Source of the DNA: a virus | IMG/VR virus record: IMGVR_UViG_3300009068_004979 | Length of the DNA stretch: 64,000 nucleotides | Strand: one strand, 5' to 3' | Shown: positions 8,444-18,421 of the stretch, one piece after another | How the letters are laid out: each line of letters starts with the position of its first letter | How positions within the stretch are numbered: position 1 is the stretch's first letter | The notes under the pieces: generated by a model | What the model saw: the letters and a program-made list of their open reading frames with translations, nothing else | Databases searched by the model: none | Told to the model about the DNA's origin: nothing | Translations under genes and position numbers: made by a program

Positions 8444-8641
8444 TTAGGCGACGTTAACACGACCGGCACGGTTGAGTGCGCGAGTAAACTCACGAGCATC
8501 AACGCGGCTGATAGAACGGGCGTACTGGTTCTTCTGGTTGAGAACCTTAACACGCTTCACGGTGAATTCACCGTTGCGAGAACGCTCGATCTTTGCGAAG
8601 AAAGTCTTCGGACGAAGATCGCTGCTATTGTAATTGATCAT
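8444..8641 (-). CDS. Small basic protein, probably highly expressed
   Basis: AGAGGAGG Shine-Dalgarno, TTGAAA-N17-TATAAT promoter, own terminator; Arg/Lys-rich. Confidence 0.7.
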   Translation of the reverse strand: MINYNSSDLRPKTFFAKIERSRNGEFTVKRVKVLNQKNQYARSISRVDAREFTRALNRAGRVNVA

Positions 8642-8700
8642 ATTGTTACCTCCTCTCATTTGTTTTGTATGTCTCATTATAATAACTCCGGGTTACTATT

Positions 8701-8895
8701 TCAAGAAGCTTTTGGTTCCATGATACTAATCTTCTGAGGTTCCTGCAACATCACTTGTTGCCTGGATTTGCGACTATTGGCTTTGCGAGCATAACCAATA
8801 ATAAAATTTTCACCTTTGTCATTTGCTCTTATGATTGGCACCATTTTGCCTGATGCAATGAGCTTCTGCATGTTGTTCTTTGTAATCTTACCCAT
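8701..8895 (-). CDS. Hypothetical basic protein
   Basis: 64-aa ORF. Confidence 0.55.
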   Translation of the reverse strand: MGKITKNNMQKLIASGKMVPIIRANDKGENFIIGYARKANSRKSRQQVMLQEPQKISIMEPKAS

Positions 8896-8922
8896 TTGGT
8901 TATAATAGCTGATGCATTTTTA

Positions 8923-9258
8923 TTAATCAACTGTTTTAAATATGATGTCGTAAAAATCCTTTTCGTCAATCTCATAAAACAGAGTGTCTTTGAAGCATTC
9001 ATATATTTCATCCAAACCAAAACCTTCATCAAGCGCATATTTTACTTGTTTGCGGTTCAATATCAAATATACCACATTCTTTAAATCAGCAGATAGTGCC
9101 AACGCGCCCACTTGGCCGTTAGATGATGCTACTGGCACCAGATTATACTTCTGAGCCTCAATACAATCATCATCTATGTATAGGTCTATACTGTCAAATT
9201 TACCTTGTTCCGTAAATTTGAGCTTCTCCAGAGCCTGCAAAATCTTTAGGTGCACCAT
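8923..9258 (-). CDS. Hypothetical protein
   Basis: 111-aa ORF. Confidence 0.6.
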   Translation of the reverse strand: MVHLKILQALEKLKFTEQGKFDSIDLYIDDDCIEAQKYNLVPVASSNGQVGALALSADLKNVVYLILNRKQVKYALDEGFGLDEIYECFKDTLFYEIDEKDFYDIIFKTVD

Positions 9259-9332
9259 AACATGATAATATACATTATAAAGGAATCAAACTTTTATCTT
9301 GTTTCCAGAAAAACATCATATATAATGACTAA

Positions 9333-9881
9333 ATGAAAAGCGAAAAAATGACGTGCATTGTGAGTGGCATAGAAAAACGTATTGCAGGTGGCACAGTTCA
9401 GAAAGAGGTAAACAAATTTGGATCTGTTGAAATGGCCAAGCAACATTTTGTATGCCGAGAAGCACGCAGACTTCTCAAAGCTCGTATACAACCAGAAGAT
9501 GTGCAAAAACAGCTTCTGTCATCAGATGCCAAGTCGTTTACAATTGATTTGCATGCTTTGGCTCGTTTGAAGCTGTTGAAGAAGCCCAAAGCTGATAAAA
9601 AGAAAGCTTCAGTTAATATAGCTTTCAATCCTTCTGAACCCAAAGTATTTGATAGTCTTAAAAGTTATGTGGAAGAAATGACAGGTGGCAAAGATGGATG
9701 TCAAGTAGCTTATGGTGGTACATGTATCAGACCAGATATCTACTTTGATAATGAATTCAATCGTGCGGGCCGTTGTTCACCTTGTCCTTATGTGGAGCAT
9801 TGTTTGTGTTCCAATAAGAACAACAATCTCAAAGGTGCAGCATTAAAAAGTCCAAGCCCAGTCCCAGAATCTGTATCTTGA
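9333..9881 (+). CDS. Hypothetical protein with C-terminal Cys cluster (possible metal binding)
   Basis: N-terminus is paralogous to 8003..8308. C-terminus reads C..C.RPD.Y...CSPCPYVEHCLC. TATAAT-N6-ATG upstream. Confidence 0.65.
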   Translation: MKSEKMTCIVSGIEKRIAGGTVQKEVNKFGSVEMAKQHFVCREARRLLKARIQPEDVQKQLLSSDAKSFTIDLHALARLKLLKKPKADKKKASVNIAFNPSEPKVFDSLKSYVEEMTGGKDGCQVAYGGTCIRPDIYFDNEFNRAGRCSPCPYVEHCLCSNKNNNLKGAALKSPSPVPESVS

Positions 9882-10047
9882 GCTGAATACCATATTCCCA
9901 TTTGCTAAAACAAATGCCGGTATTTAGATTGGTCAAGTAAGGCCCACAATCTATATCACCGTCATTATTTTTTCTGTGCAGAATTAATTCTGGATAAGTT
10001 ATCCCCAATAAAATTCTACCTGTATCGATGAGTTTAATAGCCTTCAT
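9829..10047 (-). CDS. Hypothetical protein
   Basis: 72-aa ORF overlapping the upstream stop. Confidence 0.4.
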   Translation of the reverse strand: MKAIKLIDTGRILLGITYPELILHRKNNDGDIDCGPYLTNLNTGICFSKWEYGIQLKIQILGLGLDFLMLHL

Positions 10048-11149
10048 ATGTTTTTCTGAACATAGCTGATCTTACTGGAAAAGCCACATCCTTATGCTGT
10101 TGCGCGCTTGTGGGCTTTTTTTCTTCTTTTTCATAACGGATCACATACACAATGACTATGTCTCCAATCTCCATCAAGAAAGCTAGTAACAAACAAACAA
10201 GTGCAGTCACTTCTAAGCTTAGCAGTGAACTAAATGACAATCTGATAATATTATCTGAACCAGCAATTTCAGTTGCTTTGAAATCCACATTAACTTTGGA
10301 AGCTACAGTAGATAATAAACCGTTTGCATTAATGACTGCCAATTCAAGCTCTTTGAAATTGTGAGCTTTGTTAACTTCTTTTTTGATATCAATGAACTTA
10401 CTATCTATGAGCTTGTTCACTTCTACAGATTTTTTAATAGCATCTTTGGTCTGTTCGCGTACTACATTGGCATCGCGTTCAATTTTGTCACGAGCATTGC
10501 TTTGCTCTATGTCTGCTTCACTCTGCAAACGTCTCACCGCTGCAGCTAATTCTTTAGTGCGCGGACCTTCTCCAGGTTTACCAGTAGAGTAATCAGCTTT
10601 GACACCAGACTTCTCATCAATCACCTTCTGATTAGCTTCATTAATCTCTTTCTTAATGTCTGTTAGTTTGCGTGAACTAGTGGTTTCAATATCAGCTATC
10701 TTGGTTCTTTCTTCTTCTTTAATTTTATCTGCATCCATTTGTGCAGCTTTCTTACTGTTGGCTTCAAAGTCATTAATCTGTTCCAGTATCTTTACTTTAC
10801 TCAATTTTAAACTGTCTTGCAATCCAGTTTCTGAATACAAGCCAGCAAAGTCAAATATGGTAGGAAGCAAGCTAAGAAATGCACATAGCAATGCAGCTTT
10901 GCGTGGAAACTTGTCTCTACCAAACAGTATGATTTTAACACAGTAAGGCAGACCCACCACACCCAGAGATGTAAGCCCTACTAGGAACCAGCTCCATGAA
11001 GTGAGAATAAGACTAAGTGCATGATATGCAAAACAATAAGCTGCAGCAATGATGATCCAATATATGATATCAATGGCCTGTGCTGATGTTTTGTGTGTTG
11101 TATCAAAACCAAATATGGTATGATACTTTTGTTTGATATAATCTACCAT
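10034..11149 (-). CDS. Membrane protein with long coiled coil (DUF4407-like)
   Basis: Three N-terminal hydrophobic helices, central coiled coil with G.G.GP motif, C-terminal TM; TAAATA-N5-ATG upstream. Confidence 0.7.
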   Translation of the reverse strand: MVDYIKQKYHTIFGFDTTHKTSAQAIDIIYWIIIAAAYCFAYHALSLILTSWSWFLVGLTSLGVVGLPYCVKIILFGRDKFPRKAALLCAFLSLLPTIFDFAGLYSETGLQDSLKLSKVKILEQINDFEANSKKAAQMDADKIKEEERTKIADIETTSSRKLTDIKKEINEANQKVIDEKSGVKADYSTGKPGEGPRTKELAAAVRRLQSEADIEQSNARDKIERDANVVREQTKDAIKKSVEVNKLIDSKFIDIKKEVNKAHNFKELELAVINANGLLSTVASKVNVDFKATEIAGSDNIIRLSFSSLLSLEVTALVCLLLAFLMEIGDIVIVYVIRYEKEEKKPTSAQQHKDVAFPVRSAMFRKTYEGY

Positions 11150-11240
11150 GCAATTATTTAATTAAAAGACTGTGTCATAATAAGCATGAACTTTTTATGC
11201 ACCGTGCACGAACTGACTATAATCAATATAATAGTTACAT

Positions 11241-11450
11241 TTAATTCAATATGCTATTAACACCTAAAACAGAGTAAAAATATTCATATTCACCTTGTTG
11301 CAGCATGTCAATTGGTGCACGATTGCGAAATTGCTTGTTGGGCAATGACAACCAAGTGTCCAAATCAGTATCAGTTAACTTAACACGCAACGCATCAATT
11401 ATTTTGCGTTGCAACTCACTTAACGATGAATAGTTTTTTAACATTTCCAT
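11241..11450 (-). CDS. Xre/MbcA/ParS antitoxin C-terminal (toxin-binding) domain-like protein
   Basis: LDTWLSLPNKQFRNRAPIDML matches the WLxxPNxxFxxxxPxxxL signature. Confidence 0.6.
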   Translation of the reverse strand: MEMLKNYSSLSELQRKIIDALRVKLTDTDLDTWLSLPNKQFRNRAPIDMLQQGEYEYFYSVLGVNSILN

Positions 11451-11691
11451 ATGCCAATTCTGATGCATTCATAATGTGACTCACAACAGGCAATGAGATT
11501 AATACATCAAACATTAATACTGCTCCTATTAGGACCAAATAAGATGCAGCCGTAAGTACATGAGCCACAACATACACAGTAAACAATGTGAATTTACCCA
11601 GTGTGGTGCAACGCTTGTGGAATTTTTTGCACAGTTTCACAGTTTTATCTAACCACAACAATACACAGTTCTCATTAATCAATGCACTCAT
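11416..11691 (-). CDS. Hypothetical membrane protein
   Basis: Hydrophobic stretch; TACAAT-N6-ATG upstream. Confidence 0.5.
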   Translation of the reverse strand: MSALINENCVLLWLDKTVKLCKKFHKRCTTLGKFTLFTVYVVAHVLTAASYLVLIGAVLMFDVLISLPVVSHIMNASELAYGNVKKLFIVK

Positions 11692-11729
11692 GTAATTATT
11701 GTATGAGCGCGGGTAGTGAAAAACTACAG

Positions 11730-11918
11730 TTATTTCTTCTTGGGGCGACCGCGCTTGGACTTTTTGGGCTTTTCCACTGGAAGCTCAATGTCTTCTATTT
11801 CAAAAGAATCTGCTTCTTTGCCAAGCTTCATCTCTTGCACATAATCAGATATGCGCCATTTGACTGAATCTGCAAAATTGCCCAGTTCATACCATAAATC
11901 TACAATCAATTCTTTCAT
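11730..11918 (-). CDS. Hypothetical protein with basic C-terminal tail (KRGRPKKK)
   Basis: TAAATA-N5-ATG upstream. Confidence 0.6.
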   Translation of the reverse strand: MKELIVDLWYELGNFADSVKWRISDYVQEMKLGKEADSFEIEDIELPVEKPKKSKRGRPKKK

Positions 11919-11950
11919 GTAATTATTTATTCTATGCATTAAATATATTT
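11919..11950. promoter_or_regulatory. Divergent T4-late-type promoters
   Basis: TAAATA-N5-ATG on the - strand and TAAATA (11940-11945)-N5-GTG on the + strand. Confidence 0.6.
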
Positions 11951-13831
11951 GTGCAATACTTGTTCAAAGTACATCAAACACCATGGGTGTCTCTATTGAA
12001 GCCCATATCAACCATAGATATAGCTGGCGCAGCTGCAGCATATTCCATGCGCAAAATAACCGCGGGCTACGGTGGTCCTGGCATTGAAGTTACCAGAATA
12101 TCAGATAATGCAACCCTGGACATAGGATTTGATCCTTTCAGCAATTTATTAGACACCTTTGCACTGCAAAATTTTTGTGCTGGTACATCTGGTTACATGA
12201 CAAAGTGGTATGATCAAACAGGCAATGGTGTGCATTTGACCACTTATATTACTGTGTCTGCGCCTATCATTGTGAGCAATGGTGCTGTGCTCACTCGTTT
12301 TGTCATACCTGCTCCTTCTTATGGTGGCATAACACGCTGGTCATCATTATCATCTGCTAAATTTGCTGGCAACTGGCCCATGTACAACGTTTTTGTAATT
12401 GAAGCACATTCAAATGCAACCAACCCATTTCAAAGAATTCTATCCAAACGCACAACAGACATATACATACCAGTTACATTGACCAATACTAACACTTCAT
12501 ATGCTATACAATATGGCAACATCTCTCAAGACAGCCCTGCCAGGTATACGGCTATCAACTCAGCTTCCGCTATGAATATATTCAAACTGGTGGATTTTGA
12601 ATGGGATGGTAGTACTGACAGCGCAGGCATCACAGGATCTGTGAATGGTGTGCAGAGTTTTGGAACAGCACCATGGCCTACTCTATCGCCACAAGCTGAC
12701 AATTCAAACTTTCCTTTGATCATTGGTAGAAATATTTTTGATGAAGTACGATTTTTTAATGGAACTATTCTGGAAGTTATAATTTATAACACTGCACTAT
12801 CACCTGTTCCTCGCCGCCAGTTGCAAGAAAATATGATCAGCTTCATAGGGTTTCAAGGAGGCAGTGTACCGCGAGGATTTGAAGTGCACAAAAGAAATGC
12901 AACCACAATTGATTCAAAAAATCTTTCCATCATTGAACCCACATCACCATGTGTTGTGGTGAGTGGATCAGGATTATTCTATGAACCGCTCATGCCACCT
13001 GGTCCTGCCATATGGTTAGATTCAAGTGATGCAGCTACTGTTTTAGATGCTAACGGCAATGTGTGCACAGCTAATACACCTGTTGCAACATGGCTAGATA
13101 AAAGCTTCAATAGCAGACATTTTCTTCAAGAAGTTAGCACCGTCAGACCTGTGTTAACTGGTTATTTGAATAGAAATTATATCAAATTTACATCTGCTGA
13201 TTCTACTTCTCTCACTGGCAATGCCAATGCACTCACTTTCACTAATGGTGCATCTGGTGTTACATTGTTTGCAGTAACACAATTTGGCAATTCCAATTTA
13301 ACACCTTTGGTTAGTGCTGAAACTGTGTTTGCCAATTCTATACCCACCGGTGGAGTCAGTTCCAGAATTAAATTCATGTCCAATCCAGGTGTGGTGAATC
13401 CGTCTGTGAATGACAGGGGCAGGTACTTCTCTGCAGGTGGCAGACGTCTTGACACTGATGTTCAAGACGGTGGAGCTCCAGCAACTGTAGCTACAGCTGT
13501 TGAAAAAAATACTGCATACCCAGGCATCATGGCAGCTGTAATTGATTATACTGGTATTTACAGTACCACTGTGCCACCTTCAGGCACAGTATCCATATTT
13601 TTCAATGGCATCTCCGCAGGTTATGACCCTGCATTTCAAAGTGCAGGCAATGTACAATCTACAAATGTATTTGCTGCTGGCATTGGTCGTAGATTTGTTC
13701 TTAATACACCTTATTGGCACAATGGCGTCATTGGAGAATTTGTTGCTTATGATAGAATTTTAACACCTATAGAAATTAATAACATGTATATACATCTTAA
13801 GCACAAGTGGAATCTCGAACAATTCCCATAG
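11951..13831 (+). CDS. Virion protein with two concanavalin-A/LamG-like (AbfB-like) beta-sandwich domains
   Basis: AAAYSMRKI...SDNATLDIGF...KWYDQTGNG, WLDSSD...WLDKS, and G.I.E.I.Y...L motifs twice. Confidence 0.7.
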   Translation: MQYLFKVHQTPWVSLLKPISTIDIAGAAAAYSMRKITAGYGGPGIEVTRISDNATLDIGFDPFSNLLDTFALQNFCAGTSGYMTKWYDQTGNGVHLTTYITVSAPIIVSNGAVLTRFVIPAPSYGGITRWSSLSSAKFAGNWPMYNVFVIEAHSNATNPFQRILSKRTTDIYIPVTLTNTNTSYAIQYGNISQDSPARYTAINSASAMNIFKLVDFEWDGSTDSAGITGSVNGVQSFGTAPWPTLSPQADNSNFPLIIGRNIFDEVRFFNGTILEVIIYNTALSPVPRRQLQENMISFIGFQGGSVPRGFEVHKRNATTIDSKNLSIIEPTSPCVVVSGSGLFYEPLMPPGPAIWLDSSDAATVLDANGNVCTANTPVATWLDKSFNSRHFLQEVSTVRPVLTGYLNRNYIKFTSADSTSLTGNANALTFTNGASGVTLFAVTQFGNSNLTPLVSAETVFANSIPTGGVSSRIKFMSNPGVVNPSVNDRGRYFSAGGRRLDTDVQDGGAPATVATAVEKNTAYPGIMAAVIDYTGIYSTTVPPSGTVSIFFNGISAGYDPAFQSAGNVQSTNVFAAGIGRRFVLNTPYWHNGVIGEFVAYDRILTPIEINNMYIHLKHKWNLEQFP

Positions 13832-13903
13832 TCTGCTGCAGTAAAAAGATGAGTTTATTTGATAAATGTTATTACAAGTATATAGAGATCAATAAATAAT
13901 AGT

Positions 13904-16900
13904 ATGGCTGGCAATGCGCGTTTTCATAACAAGTGGCACAGAAAAGATCACCACTCCAGGCCCACACCCGGTTTTCCTAGTTCTGCTACAGATCCTATTG
14001 CATCTAAAGAAGAACCATTTGTTGGTGATATGGTTCTTGCCAATTCTCTGTGTGCAAGAGGTGATTTAAAGATTGATGGTGGCGCCACTATAATAGGCAA
14101 TCTTTCAGTATTTGGTGATTTGACTTATCTGGACACCATTGTTTCTGTGACCAGTGCATTATCAGTGGTCAATACTGGCACAGGCCCAGCACTTACTGTT
14201 ATGCAACTGGGTGCTCAACCTATTGCACGTTTTATTGATTCAGATGGTCCAGGTGGTCTCAGTGCATATGCTCTTTCTTTAGAAAATGGCGGTCAAGCAG
14301 TATTCAGTGGCACATTTCCTAGCTTGGATCGCAGAGTGTCCATATATGGTACTTTATCAGCATCTGGTAACACAGAATTTCAAGGTGGGTCAGCCAGCGG
14401 CAATCGCAACTTAGCTGCTAATTCAAGCCGTGCCTTTGGCAGTGACACTGCTGCTTTTGGTAAAAGCTTAGCCACTGGCAATTATTCATTTGCTGAAGGC
14501 CATATTACTACTGCAGCAGGTGCAGCCAGTCATGTGGAAGGCATAAACAATACAGTAAATGTGGGTGCATCAGCAGGTCATGCAGAAGGATTTAATAACA
14601 CAGTTAATGGTAATTATGCTCATGCAGAAGGCACAGGTACAACTGCTTCTGGTGTTGCTAGCCACGCTGAAGGCATCACAACACAGGCCACAGGATCAGG
14701 TAGTCATGCTGAAGGATACAGTACACAAGCTACTAATTCTTATGCTCATACTGAAGGCCATAACACATTTGCTTCTGGTTCTGCAAGTCATGCAGAAGGT
14801 TTCAATACACAAGCTACTAATTCTTATGCTCATGCAGAAGGTGACAGTACTCTTGCTTCTGGTATTGTAAGTCATGCAGAAGGTTTCAATACACAAGCTA
14901 CTAATTCTTATGCTCATGCAGAAGGGCTTAATACAACTGCTTCTGGTGTTGCCAGTCATGCAGGTGGCGCACAATCAACGGCTTCTGGTATATACAGTTT
15001 TGCGCATGGCGAAAAAGTCTTGGCACGAAATCAGGAATCCATTGCCATGGGCTTAAGTGCCAAATCAGTACATGACAATAGTTTTGTTTTTAGCTCCAAG
15101 TCCACCAATGTGTACAACAGTTCATCCTTTGGCCATGATACATTCAATGTGTTTGCCACAGGTGGCATTGATTTGTTTGATCCAGTAACTGTAGGTGATC
15201 CATTGTTCCCTGTGACATTCATTGTGACTGCATCCAGCACAGTGGGTATTAACATTTACAATCCCGTGGAAGCCCTCACTGTGGTGGGCAATATTAGTGC
15301 ATCTGGCAGTCTGAGTGCCATTGGTAATGCTCCTAATTATTTTGTAGGCAATGTGGGCGTTGGATTGAACAACATCAGACCCACATCCAAGCTCACAGTG
15401 TTGAGTGGTGCCAGTGCCATCAATCCTGACAATGCATTTGGTACCACCATACATTCATCCAATGATGGTGGCATCAATAGATGTGTATTTGATTCTTTTA
15501 ATGGTCAATATGCTGTGTTCACAGGCCGTGCAGCTCGTGGCAGTTCTTTAGCACCTGCTGCTGTGCAAGACAAAGATTTACTGTCACAATTTACAGCTCG
15601 TGGTCGTGCAGCCACTACATATCCATCATCAAGCAATGCACGCATGAATTTGTATGCAGGGCAAAACTTCACTAATACTGCTTATGGTACATTCATAAAC
15701 TTTGAAGTGACAGCCCCAGGCACCACTGTGGCCACACCCATTGCTCAATTGAGTTCCACAGGACTGGCCGTTTTTGGTCAATTGAGTGCCACTGGATTAA
15801 TTATAACCACTGATAGCATTAGTGCAGTGGGTGGCCTGAGTGCTGCCACAATCAAGATAGGCACACCTGGTATCAATCTGGCCAATGCTGTGGGCCAATT
15901 TTTCCAGAACACCGCCACCTACTCACAGGTGAATCAACAGAATACTAATACAGGTAACCAAGCCAGTACAGACTATGTGGCCACTGCTGACAATGGCAGT
16001 GATATAATCAATTTCATTGACATGGGCATCAACAGCAGCACATATGCTGATCCAACATTCACAATCACTGGTCCAGATGATGGTTACTTGTACACCAATG
16101 GTGGCAAATTGGTATTAGGCACAGCCACAAACAAAGATGTTGTATTTCATACTGGTGACTCACTAGCTGCTAATGAAAGAATGCGTATCTTAGGTGATGG
16201 CACCATGGTCACTGTGTCAAGTAATTTGTCTGTGGCTGCTACTATATCTGCATCCAATATGTATGCCCGTATTCAAGCCAATTTCACAGCTGTGTCTGCG
16301 GTGACACTAACTGCAGCTAACATCTATGGCAGTGTTACTAATTCTAATGTCATATCAGCTGTAACATTAACTGCAGCTAATATCTATGGCAGTATTCAAA
16401 CAAATTCTACAGCCATATCAGCTTTAACATTAACTGCAGCCAATATCTATGGCAGTATTCAAACAAATTCTACAGCCATATCAGCTTTAACATTAACTGC
16501 AGCCAATATCTATGGCAGTGTTACTAATTCTAATGTCATATCAGCTGTGACTCTCTCTTCTTATAGTGCATATCATACTATTACCAATTCTACAGCCATA
16601 TCAGCTGTAACCCTCACCGCACAAGATGTATCCATATATGGAACATTGTCCAGTGGCGCTGGCATTCTAGCCAATAGTTTGTCTTCCCGGTTTATTACAC
16701 TGGTTCATTCTCCTGCCAATGATGGTACCAATGCAAGACTGGACATTGGTGAAACTGATGTCAATCCTTCACTGGGTCTTGTGGGTTTCTCAGGCTTTAA
16801 TGTTACCTACAATGAAACAAATAACAAATTGGTTATCACATCCACATTTGGTGGCGTAACACTCACTGCAGCTGCCATTGATAGATACGGGAACACCGGT

Positions 16901-17398
16901 GGTCCAGTGTTCCCGTCCACACAAACATTGGGTGTTGCCATCACATCAGTCATTGGTGTTGCATTTCAAAACATATATGTGTGGCCACCCACATTGTCTG
17001 GTGTGTTCACACCAGATGAAGTGACCAACCGACTCAGCAATACCAAAGGCAGACTGTATGGCAAAGTGTTTGTAGGCACAACTAACAATGTTAATAATAA
17101 AACATTGGCTTTGCAAATTGCAAACAATTCCACATTCACCAATCCAGGCAGTGTGATTGTGAACACATTCAATTCATTTTCACAATTAACAAGACCGTTT
17201 GAATGTGTGCCCAATGGTTCCACATTGGTGTTTGGTGACAGTGCATCCAATGTGCCAGATGGCAGCTCCAATCAAGGATTTGGTTCATATGCCATCACAC
17301 CAGGTGATCCAATTTTCTATCGCTTTGGATACAGATTGGCCACAATAACAGACACATTTGCTTTCTCTGGTGGTTACATCACAGTTTCACCTTATTAA
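13904..17398 (+). CDS. Long tail fibre/adhesin with YadA-head-like (SHAEG) repeats
   Basis: Many 14-aa (S/A)HAEGxxTxAxG repeats; Gly/Ser/Thr/Ala-rich; TAAATA-N5-ATG upstream. Confidence 0.8.
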   Translation: MAGNARFHNKWHRKDHHSRPTPGFPSSATDPIASKEEPFVGDMVLANSLCARGDLKIDGGATIIGNLSVFGDLTYLDTIVSVTSALSVVNTGTGPALTVMQLGAQPIARFIDSDGPGGLSAYALSLENGGQAVFSGTFPSLDRRVSIYGTLSASGNTEFQGGSASGNRNLAANSSRAFGSDTAAFGKSLATGNYSFAEGHITTAAGAASHVEGINNTVNVGASAGHAEGFNNTVNGNYAHAEGTGTTASGVASHAEGITTQATGSGSHAEGYSTQATNSYAHTEGHNTFASGSASHAEGFNTQATNSYAHAEGDSTLASGIVSHAEGFNTQATNSYAHAEGLNTTASGVASHAGGAQSTASGIYSFAHGEKVLARNQESIAMGLSAKSVHDNSFVFSSKSTNVYNSSSFGHDTFNVFATGGIDLFDPVTVGDPLFPVTFIVTASSTVGINIYNPVEALTVVGNISASGSLSAIGNAPNYFVGNVGVGLNNIRPTSKLTVLSGASAINPDNAFGTTIHSSNDGGINRCVFDSFNGQYAVFTGRAARGSSLAPAAVQDKDLLSQFTARGRAATTYPSSSNARMNLYAGQNFTNTAYGTFINFEVTAPGTTVATPIAQLSSTGLAVFGQLSATGLIITTDSISAVGGLSAATIKIGTPGINLANAVGQFFQNTATYSQVNQQNTNTGNQASTDYVATADNGSDIINFIDMGINSSTYADPTFTITGPDDGYLYTNGGKLVLGTATNKDVVFHTGDSLAANERMRILGDGTMVTVSSNLSVAATISASNMYARIQANFTAVSAVTLTAANIYGSVTNSNVISAVTLTAANIYGSIQTNSTAISALTLTAANIYGSIQTNSTAISALTLTAANIYGSVTNSNVISAVTLSSYSAYHTITNSTAISAVTLTAQDVSIYGTLSSGAGILANSLSSRFITLVHSPANDGTNARLDIGETDVNPSLGLVGFSGFNVTYNETNNKLVITSTFGGVTLTAAAIDRYGNTGGPVFPSTQTLGVAITSVIGVAFQNIYVWPPTLSGVFTPDEVTNRLSNTKGRLYGKVFVGTTNNVNNKTLALQIANNSTFTNPGSVIVNTFNSFSQLTRPFECVPNGSTLVFGDSASNVPDGSSNQGFGSYAITPGDPIFYRFGYRLATITDTFAFSGGYITVSPY
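14480..15015 (+). repeat. Tandem 42-nt (14-aa) SHAEG repeats with near-identical 84-nt units
   Basis: catgcagaagg...tacacaagctactaattcttatgctcat recurs at 84-nt spacing. Confidence 0.85.
16285..16620 (+). repeat. Tandem 60/63-nt repeats (ISA(V/L)TLTAANIYGS)
   Basis: About five units; the two 63-nt central units are nearly identical at DNA level. Confidence 0.85.
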
Positions 17399-17405
17399 TA
17401 AGGCA

Positions 17406-17816
17406 TGGAGCTGGCGGGAATCGAACCCGCGTCTTGAATAATTTCATTCACAAGCACTACAAGTTTATTTTAGTTGAATTTTCATAAGGATTAAACTAAA
17501 CAAAAAACCCTTACTGATAACAATTTTGTACACATGGTCTATTAACTGTTATAACCCAGATCATGCGAAGACCAGTTACACGCTCCATGCTACAGGTCTT
17601 AATCTACCATGGAACGCTCAAGCTAGTTAAACTAGCTCAAGGGTGGCTTCTGCGTCCACAAAACCAGCTGCTGCAAGAATTGCATCAGCCTGTTCGAGAC
17701 TCATGGCCATGTCGAATGTGTCTTCGGCATTTGATGTTGTTTTGCTATTTTATACTGGCATGCCCCAGTACTTGCACTCATGTGTTCCACCATTCAATCG
17801 ATACCTTTACAGCCCC
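17406..17816 (-). ncRNA. ssrA: tmRNA (SsrA), 411 nt; predicted tag (A)AEDTFDMAMSLEQADAILAAAGFVDAEATLELV*
   Basis: 5' GGGGCTG pairs with 3' CAGCTCCA including a G3:U wobble. T-arm GCGGGTTCGATTCCCGC, pk1-like TACTGG/CCAGTA stem. Tag ORF 17728..17627 has its stop in a hairpin loop. Confidence 0.9.
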
Positions 17817-17924
17817 ATTGAGAAAGAACAAGTAAGCGTGCTTACTATAATATTATATATGCTTTGCATGTATAGGCAATAGGTATTTAATTGCGGCGCT
17901 AACTTGGATAGAACAGCGATAAAT

Positions 17925-18416
17925 TTAAGCAATAAATTTTCTTAGATTGTTGTTTCTGTTGGTCCAGCCCTTGAGAAACTTTTTGAGTGTGGGTCTGTTC
18001 TGTGCCAATGTTTCATAGAATCGTTGGCGTTGATCAATGGTAGCATTGGCAACTGTGTCTGCACGCTTGCTATTAATGGCACCCAAAGTTTTGGGTCCTA
18101 ACACACCATCAGCTTCAGTGCCCACTGCTCGCTGCAACAACTTGTTGCTTTGTTTGTTGCCAGTGTTCACACAGCTGTCAAAATAAACACAATTAAGAGG
18201 CCATGCAAATTGCTCACAATTGAACCGAACCCAATACTCAGTGAAATATATGTCTGTGGCTTGTTCCACAGTTAATGCTTTGATGTCCACATCTACATGA
18301 CTTCTCTTGTCAATGCCATAATTGGTCTCACCACCTGGATCCACTGGATCATTGGTGTATCCACCTTCTGCATCCAGTACAAACTTCATGGATTTTTGAA
18401 AATCGTTTTGACTCAT
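17925..18416 (-). CDS. Endolysin, glycoside hydrolase family 108 with peptidoglycan-binding C-terminus
   Basis: EGGYTNDPVDPGGETNYGI; LLQRAVG..ADG..GPKT; FLKGWTNR. Confidence 0.9.
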   Translation of the reverse strand: MSQNDFQKSMKFVLDAEGGYTNDPVDPGGETNYGIDKRSHVDVDIKALTVEQATDIYFTEYWVRFNCEQFAWPLNCVYFDSCVNTGNKQSNKLLQRAVGTEADGVLGPKTLGAINSKRADTVANATIDQRQRFYETLAQNRPTLKKFLKGWTNRNNNLRKFIA

Positions 18417-18421
18417 AATAA

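Noticed and set aside
14480-16620. CRISPR array
   Set aside because: The repeats are in-frame coding units without unique spacers, and there are no cas genes. The PD-(D/E)XK nuclease is a common stand-alone phage exonuclease.
17563-17882. Plus-strand ORFs 17563..17835 and 17643..17882
   Set aside because: Antisense to the tmRNA, with no protein features.
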